From a virus (taxonomy: Duplodnaviria; Heunggongvirae; Uroviricota; Caudoviricetes): 64,000 nucleotides of DNA. The stretch spans positions 172,420 through 236,419 of IMG/VR virus record IMGVR_UViG_3300037418_003161, one strand, 5' to 3'. Both the position numbers and the translations under genes were made by a program. Shown here one piece after another: positions 63,399 to 64,000 of the stretch; within the stretch, counting starts at the first letter, position 1; every line of letters begins with the position of its first letter. A model generated the notes under the pieces. It did not search any database, was not told the origin of the DNA, and worked only from the letters and a program-made list of their open reading frames with translations.

Positions 63399-64000
63399 TT
63401 TCAGTTGTAATATCCACCCGAAAAACCGATGACGCTTATTTAAAAAGAATAAAAGAAACTGCCGGAACTGAGGTAGAAATACTGTGTTATGAAAACAACA
63501 ACCAGTACTCCCTTACCGAAATCTACAACCGGGGACTCAAGGAAAGCCAAAACGAGGTGGTGGTCTTCATGCACGATGACCTTCTGTTTGAAAAGGAGGC
63601 CAAATGGGGTATAAAACTCTATGAGGCTCTGATGACCACCGATTATGGCATTTTGGGAAAAGCCGGAACAACCCATATGATGGAAACTGCCAAATGGTGG
63701 GAAGACCACATGACCATGGTAGGCCGGGTATGGCATCAACAACTTCACCCTAAGACCGGAAAGCTTGTCAAGTGGCCGTCTGAATATTCAGGGTATTTCA
63801 CCAACCGGATAACCCCGGTGGTGGCTGTGGACGGATTAATATTTGCGGTACATAAGGGTCGTATCAAAGCGTCTTTTGACGAATCCATCAAGGGGTTTCA
63901 CCTCTATGAGATTGATTTTTGTCTTGCAAACTTTCTGGAAGGCGTTAAAATTGGGGTAGTTTTCAATTTTGATGTGACCCATAAATCCATTGGACAAACC
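63395..64000 (+). CDS. Glycosyltransferase family 2-like protein, partial at window end
   Basis: MISVVISTRKTDD (GT2-type start) and VVFMHDDL (DxD); ATGA-coupled to the previous gene. Confidence 0.5.
   Translation, partial: MISVVISTRKTDDAYLKRIKETAGTEVEILCYENNNQYSLTEIYNRGLKESQNEVVVFMHDDLLFEKEAKWGIKLYEALMTTDYGILGKAGTTHMMETAKWWEDHMTMVGRVWHQQLHPKTGKLVKWPSEYSGYFTNRITPVVAVDGLIFAVHKGRIKASFDESIKGFHLYEIDFCLANFLEGVKIGVVFNFDVTHKSIGQT

Noticed and set aside
1-64000. CRISPR arrays, integrase or attachment sites, IS elements
   Set aside because: No regularly spaced short repeats, no tyrosine or serine recombinase motifs, and no inverted-repeat-flanked transposase ORFs were seen. The orphan T-arm elements at 31372 and 31532 resemble attP-style tRNA 3' fragments, but there is no adjacent integrase.

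Overview
This 64 kb window is a piece of a large T4-like (myovirus-type) phage genome, about 37-38% GC. The host is most likely a Bacteroidetes/Flavobacteriia bacterium: many genes carry a Bacteroidetes-type promoter (TTTG, then 20 nt, then TAnnTTTG), and there are essentially no Shine-Dalgarno sequences. The left 15 kb is a T4-like head and packaging module, all on the minus strand. It contains a gp23-like major capsid protein, an acidic scaffold, a gp21-like prohead protease, a gp20-like portal interrupted by a Hint/HNH intein, and a gp17-like large terminase. A partial homing-endonuclease-like gene and a phage-encoded ribosomal protein bS21 lie nearby. The remaining ~49 kb is an accessory region, mostly on the plus strand. 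It holds about 20 tRNA or tRNA-like genes in five islands; several have non-canonical architecture (long variable arms in isotypes that normally lack them, an 8-nt anticodon loop, D-arm-poor forms). Auxiliary genes include a small heat-shock protein divergent from an N-domain-less ClpB/ClpC-like ATPase, and a compact ATP-dependent ligase. There is also a cluster of NAD/ADP-ribose-related genes (DUF2384/ParS-like, macro domain, NADAR, and a Sir2 sirtuin further downstream), an SPFH/band-7 protein, a complete NitT/TauT-type ABC importer whose binding protein is fused to an OmpA domain, a vWA protein, a short PurA-like adenylosuccinate synthetase, a GuaC/IMPDH-family enzyme, glycosyltransferases, a nucleotidyltransferase-fold protein, an ATP-grasp protein and a SLOG protein. 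Recurring regulatory signals are: a Bacteroidetes-type promoter abutting start codons (leaderless transcripts); sigma70-like TTGAC(T/A)-N17-TATNNT promoters; a TATAAATA-related motif at late-gene starts; and a conserved CCCCGGAA/TTCCGGGG terminator hairpin family. Nothing here was computed by database search. Protein calls rest on motifs read in the translations, on synteny, and on hand folding of RNAs.
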